This document shows, piece after piece, positions 52,034 through 62,405 of a stretch of DNA of 64,000 bases (position 1 is its first letter; every line of letters starts with the position of its first letter). The DNA is taken from contig CAXXKM010000001.1 in NCBI GenBank assembly GCA_963664435.2, positions 1,120,001 to 1,184,000 on the forward strand, written 5' to 3'. Source of the DNA: Longimicrobiales bacterium. Lineage in GTDB: Bacteria; Gemmatimonadota; Gemmatimonadetes; Longimicrobiales; Gaopeijiaceae. Below the pieces are notes generated by a model. The model did no database searches. It saw only the letters and a list, made by a program, of their open reading frames with translations, and had not been told where the DNA came from. The position numbers and the translations under genes are program-made.

Positions 52034-53320
52034 TCAGTTGAAGCCCTGGATCCCCCGGAAACGGTTGTTCACGACATTGTTGAAGATCGAGCCGAACTGA
52101 AACGAGAATCCCAGGCGCAGGTTGTAGTCGTACGACGTCGCCCGCAGCCGCAGCGCGAGCAGGGCTTCCTCGTCGGTCACGCCCTCCCCCGACAGGTAGA
52201 TCTGGTCCTCGACCCGCCGGATGCTGCCGCGCGCATTGATGCTGAAGCCCCGCAGCACGCGGTAGTCGATGTCCCCGCGCAGCGAGATGTTGTAGAGGCC
52301 GGTGTCGTGGAGGAACTGGGAGCCCTGCAGGGTCAGGCCCGCGTCTCCCCAGTCCTGCCGCTGCGAGAAGTCGACCTCGAAGGAGTGTTCCGCGCGCGTC
52401 TCCTGGTCCTCGCCGTAGGTGGTCGTCTCGAAGTACTCCCGATACGCCGCGCCGATGCGGTAGGACGCGGTCAGAGACCGCCGGGTGGCTTCCTCGTAGG
52501 GAAAGAAGCTGTACTCGATGACCGGGCTCACCTCGACCCGGACGCGCTGGTTGAAGCGCGTCGTGCGCGCCGACTGCAGCTGCATCCCGGTCGACCAGTG
52601 GTTGGCGAGCGAGTAGACGGCGGTCTGGTTGAAGTTCCAGTCGATCCGGGTGTCCGAGAAATCGCCGTCGTCGAGCTCAACGAGCAGCCGGTTGTAGCTG
52701 GTCCGGATGTTGGTGCGCACCTTCCAGGTCGGGGTCACCCGGGACACCGAGAAGCTGCCGGAGCTCTGAGTCCTCTTGCGGGTCGACTCGCCGTCGAACT
52801 CGCCGCTGCCGTTGATGCGGAACACCCACAGGTCCCACCGGTCCTCTACCTCGGAGCGCGCGACCACGCGCTCGCCCGTCACGTCCCGCGGAGTGACGCT
52901 TACCAGGCTCACGATGTCGCGAAATCCGGCGCTGGCGGCGAAGCTCGCCAGACCAACGCCCAGTGCGTGGGCGAACCCGTCGAGCTGTTCGCGCTCGGTG
53001 TCGGTGGGGAGCGACTGGTACCGTACCGCGGACTGGTATCCTTCGCTGGCGCCGTAACCGATGTAATCGAAGCGGAACTCCCTGCCTCCGCTGCCGGTGC
53101 CCAGGCTGGTGATGATCACGTGGACATCGGCGGCCTCGGGCAGGCGCACCCAGTTCACCCAGTCGATCTCGGTGCGGTAGTAGTCGAGGTTGCACCTCGG
53201 GCCGGAGCAGTCGAAGAAGACGTTGGGCCGGTCCACGGGCGCGGCCTCGTCCTGGGCGAGCGCGCGCGCCGGTGCCGGGAGCGCCGCCAGCAGGAGAAGC
53301 GGAGCCAGAGCCGGAAGCAC
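52034..53320 (-). CDS. Hypothetical outer-membrane beta-barrel protein (start approximate)
   Basis: Signal peptide; alternating beta-strand pattern; FGSIFNNVVNNRF C-terminus. Confidence 0.6.
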   Translation of the reverse strand: MLPALAPLLLLAALPAPARALAQDEAAPVDRPNVFFDCSGPRCNLDYYRTEIDWVNWVRLPEAADVHVIITSLGTGSGGREFRFDYIGYGASEGYQSAVRYQSLPTDTEREQLDGFAHALGVGLASFAASAGFRDIVSLVSVTPRDVTGERVVARSEVEDRWDLWVFRINGSGEFDGESTRKRTQSSGSFSVSRVTPTWKVRTNIRTSYNRLLVELDDGDFSDTRIDWNFNQTAVYSLANHWSTGMQLQSARTTRFNQRVRVEVSPVIEYSFFPYEEATRRSLTASYRIGAAYREYFETTTYGEDQETRAEHSFEVDFSQRQDWGDAGLTLQGSQFLHDTGLYNISLRGDIDYRVLRGFSINARGSIRRVEDQIYLSGEGVTDEEALLALRLRATSYDYNLRLGFSFQFGSIFNNVVNNRFRGIQGFN

Positions 53321-53637
53321 GGCCCGCAGTCGGTGGGTCGAGCCTCGCGTGGGGACGGGAGGCGGAACTCGGAGAAGCGGAGTGGGCAACGCTATGAGGA
53401 TGGCTGCTGAAGGACGCTTGGGTCGGGGCCGTTGGTTCCCGGAGCCTGACCGGCTCCAAGGGCAGGGACCTCGGAAGATGCAATAGTGTTGACCCCGGCG
53501 ACAGGTGCCCGGCGGGGAACGGGACCCCACTGGCATTTCAAGCGTCCCCGCGTGCATGATGCGGTTATCCGTGTTCCCGGGATGCGTTGCCGGTACCCGT
53601 GACGCGTCGCCCGTTCCCGTTTTCGGAGGATCTCGCC

Positions 53638-55326
53638 ATGCGCCTGAAGCGACCCAGGTACGGCCTCCGCGGCCTGTGCGCCGCGGCCCCTGTTCTCGCC
53701 GCGGCGGCGGTCGCATCGTGCGCGCCCGCCAGGGATGCTCCCGGCGCCGGGGAGGCCGCCTCCGCGACCGGCGCCAACCGGATGGTCGAGCTCCTGTCGA
53801 GCGGCCAGCCGGTCTTCGGCATCTTCTCCGGCGAACACACGCCGGGCCAGGGGGCGCGCATGGCGCGCAACCGGGAGGCCGACTTCATCTTCTACTCGCT
53901 TGAGTCCGGGCCCTTCGACATCCCCGCCATGGAGGCGTATATGGAGGGGATGCGCGAGGGGGCGGGCGACTACGCGCCTCAGCCGGTGGCGCTGCGCATC
54001 CCGCCGATCCGCGATGGAGCCGACTCGGCGCGGGCGCGGGCGCGGGCCGGGCTGAACGCCGGCGCCCACTCCATCGTGTATCCCCACGTCGAGAGCGCCG
54101 AGGAGGCGGAGCTGGCGGTGGGGGCGCTCGGCGACGCGGCCTGGCCGGGCAACCGGGACGGGAACCTGGTGAACATCCTGCTCATCGAGGACCAGGTCGG
54201 GATCGAGCGCGCGGCCGGGATCGTGCGCACACCCGGGGTGAGCGTGGTGATCCCCGGCCCGGGCGACCTGCGGCGCGCCTACGAGGGAGACATGGAGGCG
54301 GTGGAAGCCGCCATCCAGACCGTCCTGGCGGAGTGCCTGGCGGCGGACGTGCCGTGCGGCATAACGGCCGGGCCCGACGATATCGGTGAGCGCCTCGACC
54401 AGGGCTTCAGGGTCATCATCGTGACCTCGCCGGAGGCGCTCACGGTCGGGCGCGCCCACGCCGGACGGGCGGAAGCCGAGGTCGCGCGCGCGACCAGCAC
54501 GATCGGGCTCTGGGAGCGCAACCTGGCCGCCTTCGGGGTGTTCGTTCCGCCGGAGTTCGCGGGCGGTGGGGGATCGGGGGGCGGGGGCGGGCCGAGTGCG
54601 AGTGCCGGCGCGGAGCCGGGCGCGGGCGCGGAGCCGGGCGGCGGCGCGCGCGGACAGAGGGGGCCGCCGCGCTACACCGTCGAAGGTGGGCGGGAGCTGG
54701 CGCGCAATCCTCTCCTCGACTTCGTCTTCCTCAACCTGGAGCGGAACTACGATCCGGCCGCCGTGGAGGCGATCGCCACCGGGCTGCGCTCTGCCGACGC
54801 CGTCGGGCGCAAGACCCTGCTGGTGCGCATCCCGTCCATAGAGCAGGACGGAGAGGAAGCGACGCGGGCCCGCGTGCAGGAGGCGCTTGCACTCGGCGCC
54901 GACGGGGTCGTGCTGCCGCATGTGCGCAGTGTGGCGGAGGCGCGCGCCGCGGTCGGCTTCTTCGAGGTCGCGGGCGCGGACGTGTGGTCGCCCGCCAACC
55001 CGGACGGCACGGTGATCGCCATGCTCATGGTCGAGGACCCGGATGCGGTCGCGGAAGCGGCGGCCATCGCCGACGTACCCGGCTACAGCGTGCTGGCCTG
55101 CGGCATCGGCAGCCTCACCGGCGCTCTCGGCGGGGACCGCGAGGCGGCCGAGCAGGGCAACCAGGCCGTGCTCGCGGAGGCCACCCGGGCCGGGCTGGCC
55201 GACATGATCACCGCGAACGCCGGCGACATCGAGCAGCGGGTCGAGGAAGGATTCCTGGGGCTGCTCATGCAGGTGGGCGGCGCCGAGGAGGCCATCCGGC
55301 TGGGGAGGCAGGCGGCGGGACGGTGA
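53638..55326 (+). CDS. Lipoprotein with two HpcH/HpaI aldolase-like domains
   Basis: Lipobox VASC; twice RIP...L..GA..(I/V)V.PHV...(I/V)ED...; Gly-rich insert. Confidence 0.75.
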   Translation: MRLKRPRYGLRGLCAAAPVLAAAAVASCAPARDAPGAGEAASATGANRMVELLSSGQPVFGIFSGEHTPGQGARMARNREADFIFYSLESGPFDIPAMEAYMEGMREGAGDYAPQPVALRIPPIRDGADSARARARAGLNAGAHSIVYPHVESAEEAELAVGALGDAAWPGNRDGNLVNILLIEDQVGIERAAGIVRTPGVSVVIPGPGDLRRAYEGDMEAVEAAIQTVLAECLAADVPCGITAGPDDIGERLDQGFRVIIVTSPEALTVGRAHAGRAEAEVARATSTIGLWERNLAAFGVFVPPEFAGGGGSGGGGGPSASAGAEPGAGAEPGGGARGQRGPPRYTVEGGRELARNPLLDFVFLNLERNYDPAAVEAIATGLRSADAVGRKTLLVRIPSIEQDGEEATRARVQEALALGADGVVLPHVRSVAEARAAVGFFEVAGADVWSPANPDGTVIAMLMVEDPDAVAEAAAIADVPGYSVLACGIGSLTGALGGDREAAEQGNQAVLAEATRAGLADMITANAGDIEQRVEEGFLGLLMQVGGAEEAIRLGRQAAGR

Positions 55327-55340
55327 CCTGATCCTCGTAC

Positions 55341-56462
55341 TCAGACCGCCGAATCGCCCGGGGACGCCGACAGCAGGAAGCGCTCCACCGCGACGCTGGT
55401 CGCCTCCCAGGACAGCGATTCCGCGTATCGACGCGCTCCCGCGCCCAGCTGATCGCGCAGCTGCCGGTCCGTAACCAGTCGTCTGATCGCCCCCGCCAGC
55501 GCATCGACATCGCCGTGGGGCACGAGCAGCCCGGTCTTTCCGGCCAGCACGGCCTCACGCAGCCCGGGAGAGTCGCTCGCCACCGATGGAGTGCCGCAGG
55601 CGCCGGCCTCGAGCACCGTGATCCCCCAGCCTTCCTTGGGAGACGTGAGCCCGTGCACCCACGACGTGCGCATCAGGTCGACCTTCGTCCTGTCATCCAC
55701 GAATCCCAGAAAAATGACCCGCTCCTCCACGCCCATCTCCTTCACCAGCTGCTCCAGCTCCGGGCGGCCATCGCCCGCGCCCGCCACCTTGAAGTCGATG
55801 TAGAGCCCCTCCCGCGCGAGCTTCGCCACCGCTCGCACGAGCAGGTCGACACCCTTGTAGCGCTTGAGGCGCCCCAGGTAGAGGAGGGAGGGCCTTGGCG
55901 TGCTGCGGCCGCCCGGATGCGGCGTGTAGTGGACGGTGTCCACCCCTACCGGAATGACCTCCATGGGGGCCCGCAGCCCGCGTCCGGTCAGGTCGTCGCG
56001 CGTGCTCCGCGAGACCGCGATGGTGGGCCGGCGCCGATACACCAGCGGGAGCGGCCGTTCCATGAGCCAGGTCGCCGCCGCGAGCGGGAAGGAGGCCTCA
56101 CGGAAGGCGGTCAGCCCGAAGAGGTGGTGCACGACCGGAACGACCGGCGCCGACGTCCACCACGGAGAGAAGAGGGGCACCTTGTTGAGGTTGTCCACCA
56201 CCACGTCCCAGCGTTCGCCCCGCAGGTTGCGCAGGTAGTACCAGGGCGCGGCGATGGAGAACGTGTAGCGGCCGCCGGTTCTGTGAACCTCGATGTCGTC
56301 GAGGCGCACGCGGGGCTCGCACCCCTCGAAACCCGAGGCCAGCAGCGTGACCTGGTAGCCGCGGCGCGCGAGCCGGCCGAAGACCTGGTGGACGTGTTCC
56401 TCGGCGCCACCGGCCTGCGGGTTTTCCCGGTCCTGCCAGTTCAGGACGAGGATTCGCCGCAC
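55341..56462 (-). CDS. Glycosyltransferase family 4
   Basis: GGAEEHV, YLGRLKRYKG, EGWGITVLEA. Confidence 0.92.
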   Translation of the reverse strand: MRRILVLNWQDRENPQAGGAEEHVHQVFGRLARRGYQVTLLASGFEGCEPRVRLDDIEVHRTGGRYTFSIAAPWYYLRNLRGERWDVVVDNLNKVPLFSPWWTSAPVVPVVHHLFGLTAFREASFPLAAATWLMERPLPLVYRRRPTIAVSRSTRDDLTGRGLRAPMEVIPVGVDTVHYTPHPGGRSTPRPSLLYLGRLKRYKGVDLLVRAVAKLAREGLYIDFKVAGAGDGRPELEQLVKEMGVEERVIFLGFVDDRTKVDLMRTSWVHGLTSPKEGWGITVLEAGACGTPSVASDSPGLREAVLAGKTGLLVPHGDVDALAGAIRRLVTDRQLRDQLGAGARRYAESLSWEATSVAVERFLLSASPGDSAV

Positions 56463-56466
56463 GGGC

Positions 56467-57357
56467 TCACGCCGGCCGCGCGTGGGCGACCAGGTGGTCG
56501 ACGTGGTGGTCTTCCATGCAGTTGGCGGCCGTGGTCTCCAGCTGAACCGTCACGTGCCGGATGGCGAACTCCTCGTAGGCGATGGTGCGGATGCGTCCGA
56601 GCAGGTCCTGCATCTCCCCCCGCCGCTCCGGTTCCACCATCACGTGGGCGGTCAGGGCGTCGTACCCCGGGGTCAGGGTCCAGACGTGCACGTCGTGGAT
56701 CAGGGTCACCCCCGGCAGTTCCTCGATCCGGCTGCAGAGCCGGTAGACGTCGATGTGCTCCGGCGTGCCCTCGAGCAGCACGTGGACGACGTGGGCCAGG
56801 AGCCGCCAGGTGTTGACGAGCGCCAGGATGGCGATGGCCGCTGCGAAGGTCAGGTCAGCGGCCTGCCAGTCCAGTATCTGGATGGCCAGGGCCCCGAGGA
56901 CAGTGGCTGCCGGACCCATGACGCTCAGGAAGGTGTGCTCGTGCATGTGCGCGACGCCCGCATGCTCTTTCGCCGGTTGTTTCAGGACGAGCATGACGAT
57001 GACATGCACTGCCAGCCCGATCACCGCGATGCCCAGCATGAGCCCCCCGTCGACGTCGGATCCCTCGCCGAAACGGCCCCAGGCCTCGAGCAGAATCCAC
57101 GCCGCGATCGCCCACAGCACCAGTGCATTGGCCAGAGAGGCCAGAATCTCGGCCCGCTGGTAGCCGAACGTGCGCTGCACGGTCCCGGCGGGTGCGTCCG
57201 ATCCCGTGGTGAGCAGGGCCAGCCCCATGGCTACGCCCACGGTCAGGCCGTAGCCGGCGTCGGCCAGGAGCGCCAGGCTGCCGGACACGATCCCGCCGGC
57301 CACCTTGGCGATGGTCACGACGACGACGAGGGTGAGCGAGATGCGCAGGCTGGTCAT
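56467..57357 (-). CDS. Cation diffusion facilitator, divergent transport site
   Basis: SLALLADAG, TFGYQRAE, HDVHVW; TM2/TM5 metal ligands altered. Confidence 0.85.
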   Translation of the reverse strand: MTSLRISLTLVVVVTIAKVAGGIVSGSLALLADAGYGLTVGVAMGLALLTTGSDAPAGTVQRTFGYQRAEILASLANALVLWAIAAWILLEAWGRFGEGSDVDGGLMLGIAVIGLAVHVIVMLVLKQPAKEHAGVAHMHEHTFLSVMGPAATVLGALAIQILDWQAADLTFAAAIAILALVNTWRLLAHVVHVLLEGTPEHIDVYRLCSRIEELPGVTLIHDVHVWTLTPGYDALTAHVMVEPERRGEMQDLLGRIRTIAYEEFAIRHVTVQLETTAANCMEDHHVDHLVAHARPA

Positions 57358-57413
57358 GGGCTTCGGTCCGGTTTGTGAAGGGAAATGGGGTGGCGGGGGG
57401 CGCCGGCGGGCCC

Positions 57414-59471
57414 TCAGCTGGCTCTCGGCGTCGCCCGGTACTTGTCGAACCAGGCCACGATGTTGGCGATCTTGGCCATCAGCTGGCTGGGTCGGCGGCT
57501 CATGTCGTGGGAGGCGCCGGGCAGTCGGATCACCGCCGTGTCGATCTCGCGCATCTTCAGGGCATGGAAGAGCTGGTACGACTCCGACAGCGGCGTGCGC
57601 AGGTCCTCCTCGCCGGTGATGATCAGCGTCGGGGTGTCGATTTCGCCGGCCAGCGAAAGCGGAGAGAATTCCCAGTAGGGGTCGGGGTTCTCCCAGGGCA
57701 GGCCGTCATAGCGGCTGAAGTAGTAGCCGTACCAGTTGTCCGCCGTGAGCGTCTTGCTGATCCAGTTGATGACCGGCTTCTGCGCCACCGCGGCGCGGAA
57801 ACGATCCGTCTTGCCGACGATCCAGGCGGTCATGATCCCGCCCGCGCTGCCCCCGGTGACGAAGAGGTTGTTCTCGTCGATGTATCCCCGTTCGACCACC
57901 GCGTCGACGCCGGAGATCAGGTCGTCGTAGTCCTGGCCCGGATAGTTGTGGTAGAGCAGGTCCCCGAACTCCCCTCCGTAGCTGGTGCTGCCCCTGGGGT
58001 TGGGGTAGAGGACGACGTACCCCGCGGCGGCGAGCAGCTGCATCTCGGCGGAGAACCGGTCGCCGTAGTTGGAGACGGGCCCGCCGTGGATCTCCAGGAT
58101 CAGCGGATAGCGCCGGCTCGGGTCGAAGTCCGGCGGCCTGACGATCCAGCCCTGGATCGGTCGGCCGTCGAAGGATGATTCCCACCAGATCTCCTCCACC
58201 TCCCCGAGCGTTCGGTTGGCGAGCAGATCGTCGTTGAGCGCGGTGATGCGCCGCGGCCCGTCGTCGTCCCGCAGTCGCACCGCCAGCTCGCCCGGCATGT
58301 CCGGGCGGGTCTGGTTGAGCGCGATGCCGCCGTCGTTCGCGACCGAGAAGGAACCGCCCCCGTAGGGCCGGCCGTAGGATGTGCCGCCGAGGTCCTCCGC
58401 CAGCACCTCGACCTCGCCGTCCAGCGTGGCGAACGCGACCCGGGAGTTGCCCTCGTCGTCGTACTGGAAGAAGAGGCCGCTCCCGTCGGAGGCCCACACC
58501 GGGTTGGCGACGCTCCGGTCCAGGCCGGCGGTGACGATGCGCCGGCCGCTGCCGTCGAGGTTCATGACCTGCAGCCGGCTCACCTGGTAGGTGCGCGTCC
58601 GGTCCTCGTAGCCTACGAACGCGACCTGCCGCCCGTCCGGTGAGACCGCCGGACTCTGGTCGGGGCCGGGACGGTCGGTCAGCGCGCGGATCTCTCCGCC
58701 CGCCGCGGGCGCGATGTACAGTTCGGAGTTCCGGTAGTCGAGCACCCAGTCCGGGTTGCGGTTGGACGAGAACACCAGGCTCCTGCCGTCGGGCGTCCAG
58801 GCGGGCGCGCTGGAGTGCTGGAAGTCGCCCGTGGTCACCTGGACGGCCGTTCCACCCTCCGCCGGGATGACGAAGATGTGGTTGTATCCGAAGTCCAGGT
58901 AGCCGACCCCGTCCTGCCGGTTCTTGAAGCGGTCCTCCATGATGGGCGGGGCGGCCCAGTCGGCCCCCTCGGGGGGGCGCGGCGGCGCCACCAGGCTCGG
59001 CGCCGGATACGGCACCAGCATGTTGAAGGCGATCCGGCGGCCGTCGGGCGACCAGCGGATGCCCCTCGGGGACTCCGTCAACTGGGAAAGGGTGGCGGTC
59101 TCGCCCGTGTCCATCCAGCGCAGGTGGATCTGCCCCTCCGCCGTATAGGCGAGCCTGGTGCCGTCCGGGGACCAGCGCGGCGACCCACCCTCGCCGAGGC
59201 GTCTGTGTTCGGACCCGTCCACGTCGACGATCCACAGCTCGGAACGGCGCCGGTCGCGCATGACGTCCATCGAGTTGCGCACGTAGACGACCCGGCTGCC
59301 ATCCGGGGAGATCTGCGGGTCGGCCGCGAACTCGAGCGCAAAGACGTCCATGGGCTCGAAGTGGTTCTGGGCGTGGGCCGGACGCGCACCGACCTGGGTG
59401 GCCAGAAGGGCTGCGGCGAGGGTGGCTCCGATCGCCGGCGGGGCTGTCACGAAACGGCTCTTGGCATGCAT
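57414..59471 (-). CDS. S9 acylaminoacyl-peptidase with PD40 repeats
   Basis: HGGP, NPRGS, GGSAGG, GEEDLRTP, ASHD. Confidence 0.92.
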   Translation of the reverse strand: MHAKSRFVTAPPAIGATLAAALLATQVGARPAHAQNHFEPMDVFALEFAADPQISPDGSRVVYVRNSMDVMRDRRRSELWIVDVDGSEHRRLGEGGSPRWSPDGTRLAYTAEGQIHLRWMDTGETATLSQLTESPRGIRWSPDGRRIAFNMLVPYPAPSLVAPPRPPEGADWAAPPIMEDRFKNRQDGVGYLDFGYNHIFVIPAEGGTAVQVTTGDFQHSSAPAWTPDGRSLVFSSNRNPDWVLDYRNSELYIAPAAGGEIRALTDRPGPDQSPAVSPDGRQVAFVGYEDRTRTYQVSRLQVMNLDGSGRRIVTAGLDRSVANPVWASDGSGLFFQYDDEGNSRVAFATLDGEVEVLAEDLGGTSYGRPYGGGSFSVANDGGIALNQTRPDMPGELAVRLRDDDGPRRITALNDDLLANRTLGEVEEIWWESSFDGRPIQGWIVRPPDFDPSRRYPLILEIHGGPVSNYGDRFSAEMQLLAAAGYVVLYPNPRGSTSYGGEFGDLLYHNYPGQDYDDLISGVDAVVERGYIDENNLFVTGGSAGGIMTAWIVGKTDRFRAAVAQKPVINWISKTLTADNWYGYYFSRYDGLPWENPDPYWEFSPLSLAGEIDTPTLIITGEEDLRTPLSESYQLFHALKMREIDTAVIRLPGASHDMSRRPSQLMAKIANIVAWFDKYRATPRAS

Positions 59472-59686
59472 CGGCTTGCTCGCGGAGTTCGGTGGCGTGA
59501 AGAAGTCCTGCGCAAAGTCCACCGGATCGGCGCTGACGGCAACCGGTGCCGTCGTCCCTCGAGGCCGTCCTGCCGTTCGTCTCCCGGACAACCTGCCTCC
59601 GTCGCCGGGCCACGCCGCCCGGTTCGTCCCGCGGGTACCGGCCGCTTAGTCTTCATCCACGATGCCACCCAAGGGGAGATCGACCC

Positions 59687-62305
59687 ATGAACAGCTCCGC
59701 TTCGCCGCGCGGCCTCCTCCGCGTTCCGCTCCTCGCCCCCGCGCTTCTCCTGGTCCCTGGCCTCACGGCGGCCGCGCTGCTCTCCGGGCCGGTCCCGGCT
59801 GCGGCCGCCCAGCAGGGCTACGAGTACCCGGATCCGTTTCCCGGGGGCTACCCGTCGCTCGCCGGCGCCGGCGGCGCGGGGCGGATGTACATGGAGAGCT
59901 ACTTTCCCCCGCCGGTGACGGCTTCCCCCAGCTATCCGGCGTGGTCGCCCGACGGCGAGGAACTGGCCTTTGCGTACCAGGGCAGGATCTGGATCGTCCC
60001 GGTCGAGGGCGGGACCGCCCGCCAGTTGAGCACCGGCGCCGGCTACCATTCCCAGCCCAGCTGGTCGCCCGACGGGCGCCAGGTCGCCTACGCGGCCGAC
60101 ATCGACCGCAACTTCGACATCTTCGTGGTGGACGTCGCCACGGGCGCGTCGCGGCAGCTGACCGATCACCCGTTCCTGGACCTTCGGCCGCGCTGGTCGC
60201 CCGACGGCTCGCGCATCCTCTTCACCACCGAGCGCGACGGCACCTTCGACCTGTGGGTGTACGACCTGGCACGCGCGGTCGCAGAGCCGGTCATCGCCGA
60301 TCCCGACGTGAACGACATGGCCGGCGACTGGGTCGGCTCGAGCGGCGACATCGTCTTCGTGTCCCGGCGGGGCGAAGCGGCGCTGGGTTCGGGCTCGCTG
60401 TGGCGCTGGCGCGCCGAGACCGGGCAGTCCGAGCTGCTCATCCGCATCGAGACCAACTACCAGGCGGCGCCGGTCGTCGCCTCCCACGGCGGCATCGTCG
60501 CCTACATCACCGACGCGTCGGGCAACAACGACCTCTACAGCGTCCCCGCCGAGAAGTCGCCGCGCGGCATCCAGCCGGTGCGCCTCACGCATACGCGCAC
60601 GAACGAGTACTTTCCGTCATGGTCGCCGGATGGCGAGCGCATCGCGTTCGCGCGCAACGGCGGCACCGACGACCAGCCGCGCACCATCGACAACGGGATG
60701 GGCTTCGCGCTGTACACGGTCGGACGCGGCGGCGGCGCGCCGAAGCGGGTGCGCATCGACGACTACGCGTGGTCGCAACCGACCGGCAGGCTGCGGGTGC
60801 GCGTCACCGATTCCAGCGGCGAACTGCTGCCGTCGCGCATCTACCTGACGGGCGCCGACGGGCGCGCCTACTTCCCCAAAGGCAGCTATCCGCGCGTCGT
60901 CAGCGTAACCGAGGACTACTACTTCCACAGCGACGGCAGCTTCACCGCGACCCTTCCCGTCGGCGAGGCCCGCCTGGAGGCATGGCGCGGCTTCGAATAC
61001 GAGCCCGTCTACCGCTCCGCGGACGTGCGGGCCGGCGAGCACACCACCATCGAGGTCCAGCTCGACCGCTGGATCGACATGGCGGCGGACGGCTGGTACT
61101 CGGGCGACAACCACATCCATCCCAACTACGGCGGCCACTACTTCATCACCCCCGAGGACCTGCGCAACAAGGCCCATTCCGAAGACCTGAACGTGGCCAA
61201 CGGCATGATCGCCAACTACTGGGGCAACAGCCGGGTCGAGGATCTGGAGCACTTCCTCGGGCACCCTCATCCGCACACGGGCCCGCGGACCATCGTCTAT
61301 TACAACGAGGAATACAGGCCCAGCTACTTCGCCCACCTGTCGCTGCTGAACCTGACCGAACTCATCACGCCCTTCTACATCGGCTCGGTCGGCACCGCCC
61401 ACCACGCCCTCTATCCCGACAACGCCCACGTGCTCCGGCGCGTCCACGAGCAGGGCGGCATCGGTGGCTACGTGCATCCTTTCGGGCTCCGGCACCGCGA
61501 TCCCGACGCCGCTGGAGCCGGCTCCGCGCGCGAACTGCCCGTGGATGCCATTCTCGGTCTGGCGGACTTCGTGGACGTGGCCTGCATCTGGAGCGACGAG
61601 CTGGGAACGGCCGAGGTGTGGTACCGCCTCCTCAATACGGGGTCGCGGATCCCGGGAACGGCCGGCACGGACGTCATGTCGGACATCTGGCGGCACCCCG
61701 CCGTCGGCACCACGCGCACCTATGTCCACACCGGCGAGGACCACCTCGACTACGACGCCTGGGCCGACGCGATGGCGGCGGGACGCGCCTTCGTCACCAG
61801 CGGCCCCATCCTCACGCTCGATGTATCAGGCAAGGGAATGGGCGAGGAGCTGCAACTGTCCGGCGGAGAGGTGGTTACGGTCTCGGCAACAGCCCGATCG
61901 CTGTTCCCCATGCACCGGATGGAGATCATCCGCAACGGCGAAATCGTGCACACCGTCGAAGCCGCGGCGGATGGGAGGTCCCTCGGCGTGGAGCTCGAGA
62001 TGCCGGTGGAAGGATCAGGCTGGGTCGCCGCGCGCGCCCTGGGTCCGCCGCAGCACGGCGCCATGGACAGCTACCTGTTCGCGCACACCAACCCGGTCTT
62101 CCTCATCGCCGACGGCGAGCCCATCCGCTCCCCGGAGGACGCCGCCTTCTTCGTGCGCTGGATCGACCAGGTGCTGGACGAGCTTCGGGCCATGGACCGC
62201 TGGGACGACCCCGCGCACAAGGACGAGGTTCTCGCCACTTTCGAGGAGGGACGTCGCCTCTATCAGGCCCAGATCGACGACCCCGACGGGGCCGCGCCCG
62301 GGTAG
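59687..62305 (+). CDS. TolB/PD40 propeller fused to a CehA/McbA-like PHP metallohydrolase
   Basis: Several WSPDG repeats; WYSGDNHIH, YRLLNTG, AGTD, FVTSGP, AHTNPV. Confidence 0.8.
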   Translation: MNSSASPRGLLRVPLLAPALLLVPGLTAAALLSGPVPAAAAQQGYEYPDPFPGGYPSLAGAGGAGRMYMESYFPPPVTASPSYPAWSPDGEELAFAYQGRIWIVPVEGGTARQLSTGAGYHSQPSWSPDGRQVAYAADIDRNFDIFVVDVATGASRQLTDHPFLDLRPRWSPDGSRILFTTERDGTFDLWVYDLARAVAEPVIADPDVNDMAGDWVGSSGDIVFVSRRGEAALGSGSLWRWRAETGQSELLIRIETNYQAAPVVASHGGIVAYITDASGNNDLYSVPAEKSPRGIQPVRLTHTRTNEYFPSWSPDGERIAFARNGGTDDQPRTIDNGMGFALYTVGRGGGAPKRVRIDDYAWSQPTGRLRVRVTDSSGELLPSRIYLTGADGRAYFPKGSYPRVVSVTEDYYFHSDGSFTATLPVGEARLEAWRGFEYEPVYRSADVRAGEHTTIEVQLDRWIDMAADGWYSGDNHIHPNYGGHYFITPEDLRNKAHSEDLNVANGMIANYWGNSRVEDLEHFLGHPHPHTGPRTIVYYNEEYRPSYFAHLSLLNLTELITPFYIGSVGTAHHALYPDNAHVLRRVHEQGGIGGYVHPFGLRHRDPDAAGAGSARELPVDAILGLADFVDVACIWSDELGTAEVWYRLLNTGSRIPGTAGTDVMSDIWRHPAVGTTRTYVHTGEDHLDYDAWADAMAAGRAFVTSGPILTLDVSGKGMGEELQLSGGEVVTVSATARSLFPMHRMEIIRNGEIVHTVEAAADGRSLGVELEMPVEGSGWVAARALGPPQHGAMDSYLFAHTNPVFLIADGEPIRSPEDAAFFVRWIDQVLDELRAMDRWDDPAHKDEVLATFEEGRRLYQAQIDDPDGAAPG

Positions 62306-62405
62306 ACGCCTCGACTCATCCGCCGTCGCATGGGGTCCCCGCGCCCTCCGGTTCGAGGTAGTTGAGCCCGGACTCGTCCTCCGCCGATCCCTGCCCGGCC
62401 CGAAT

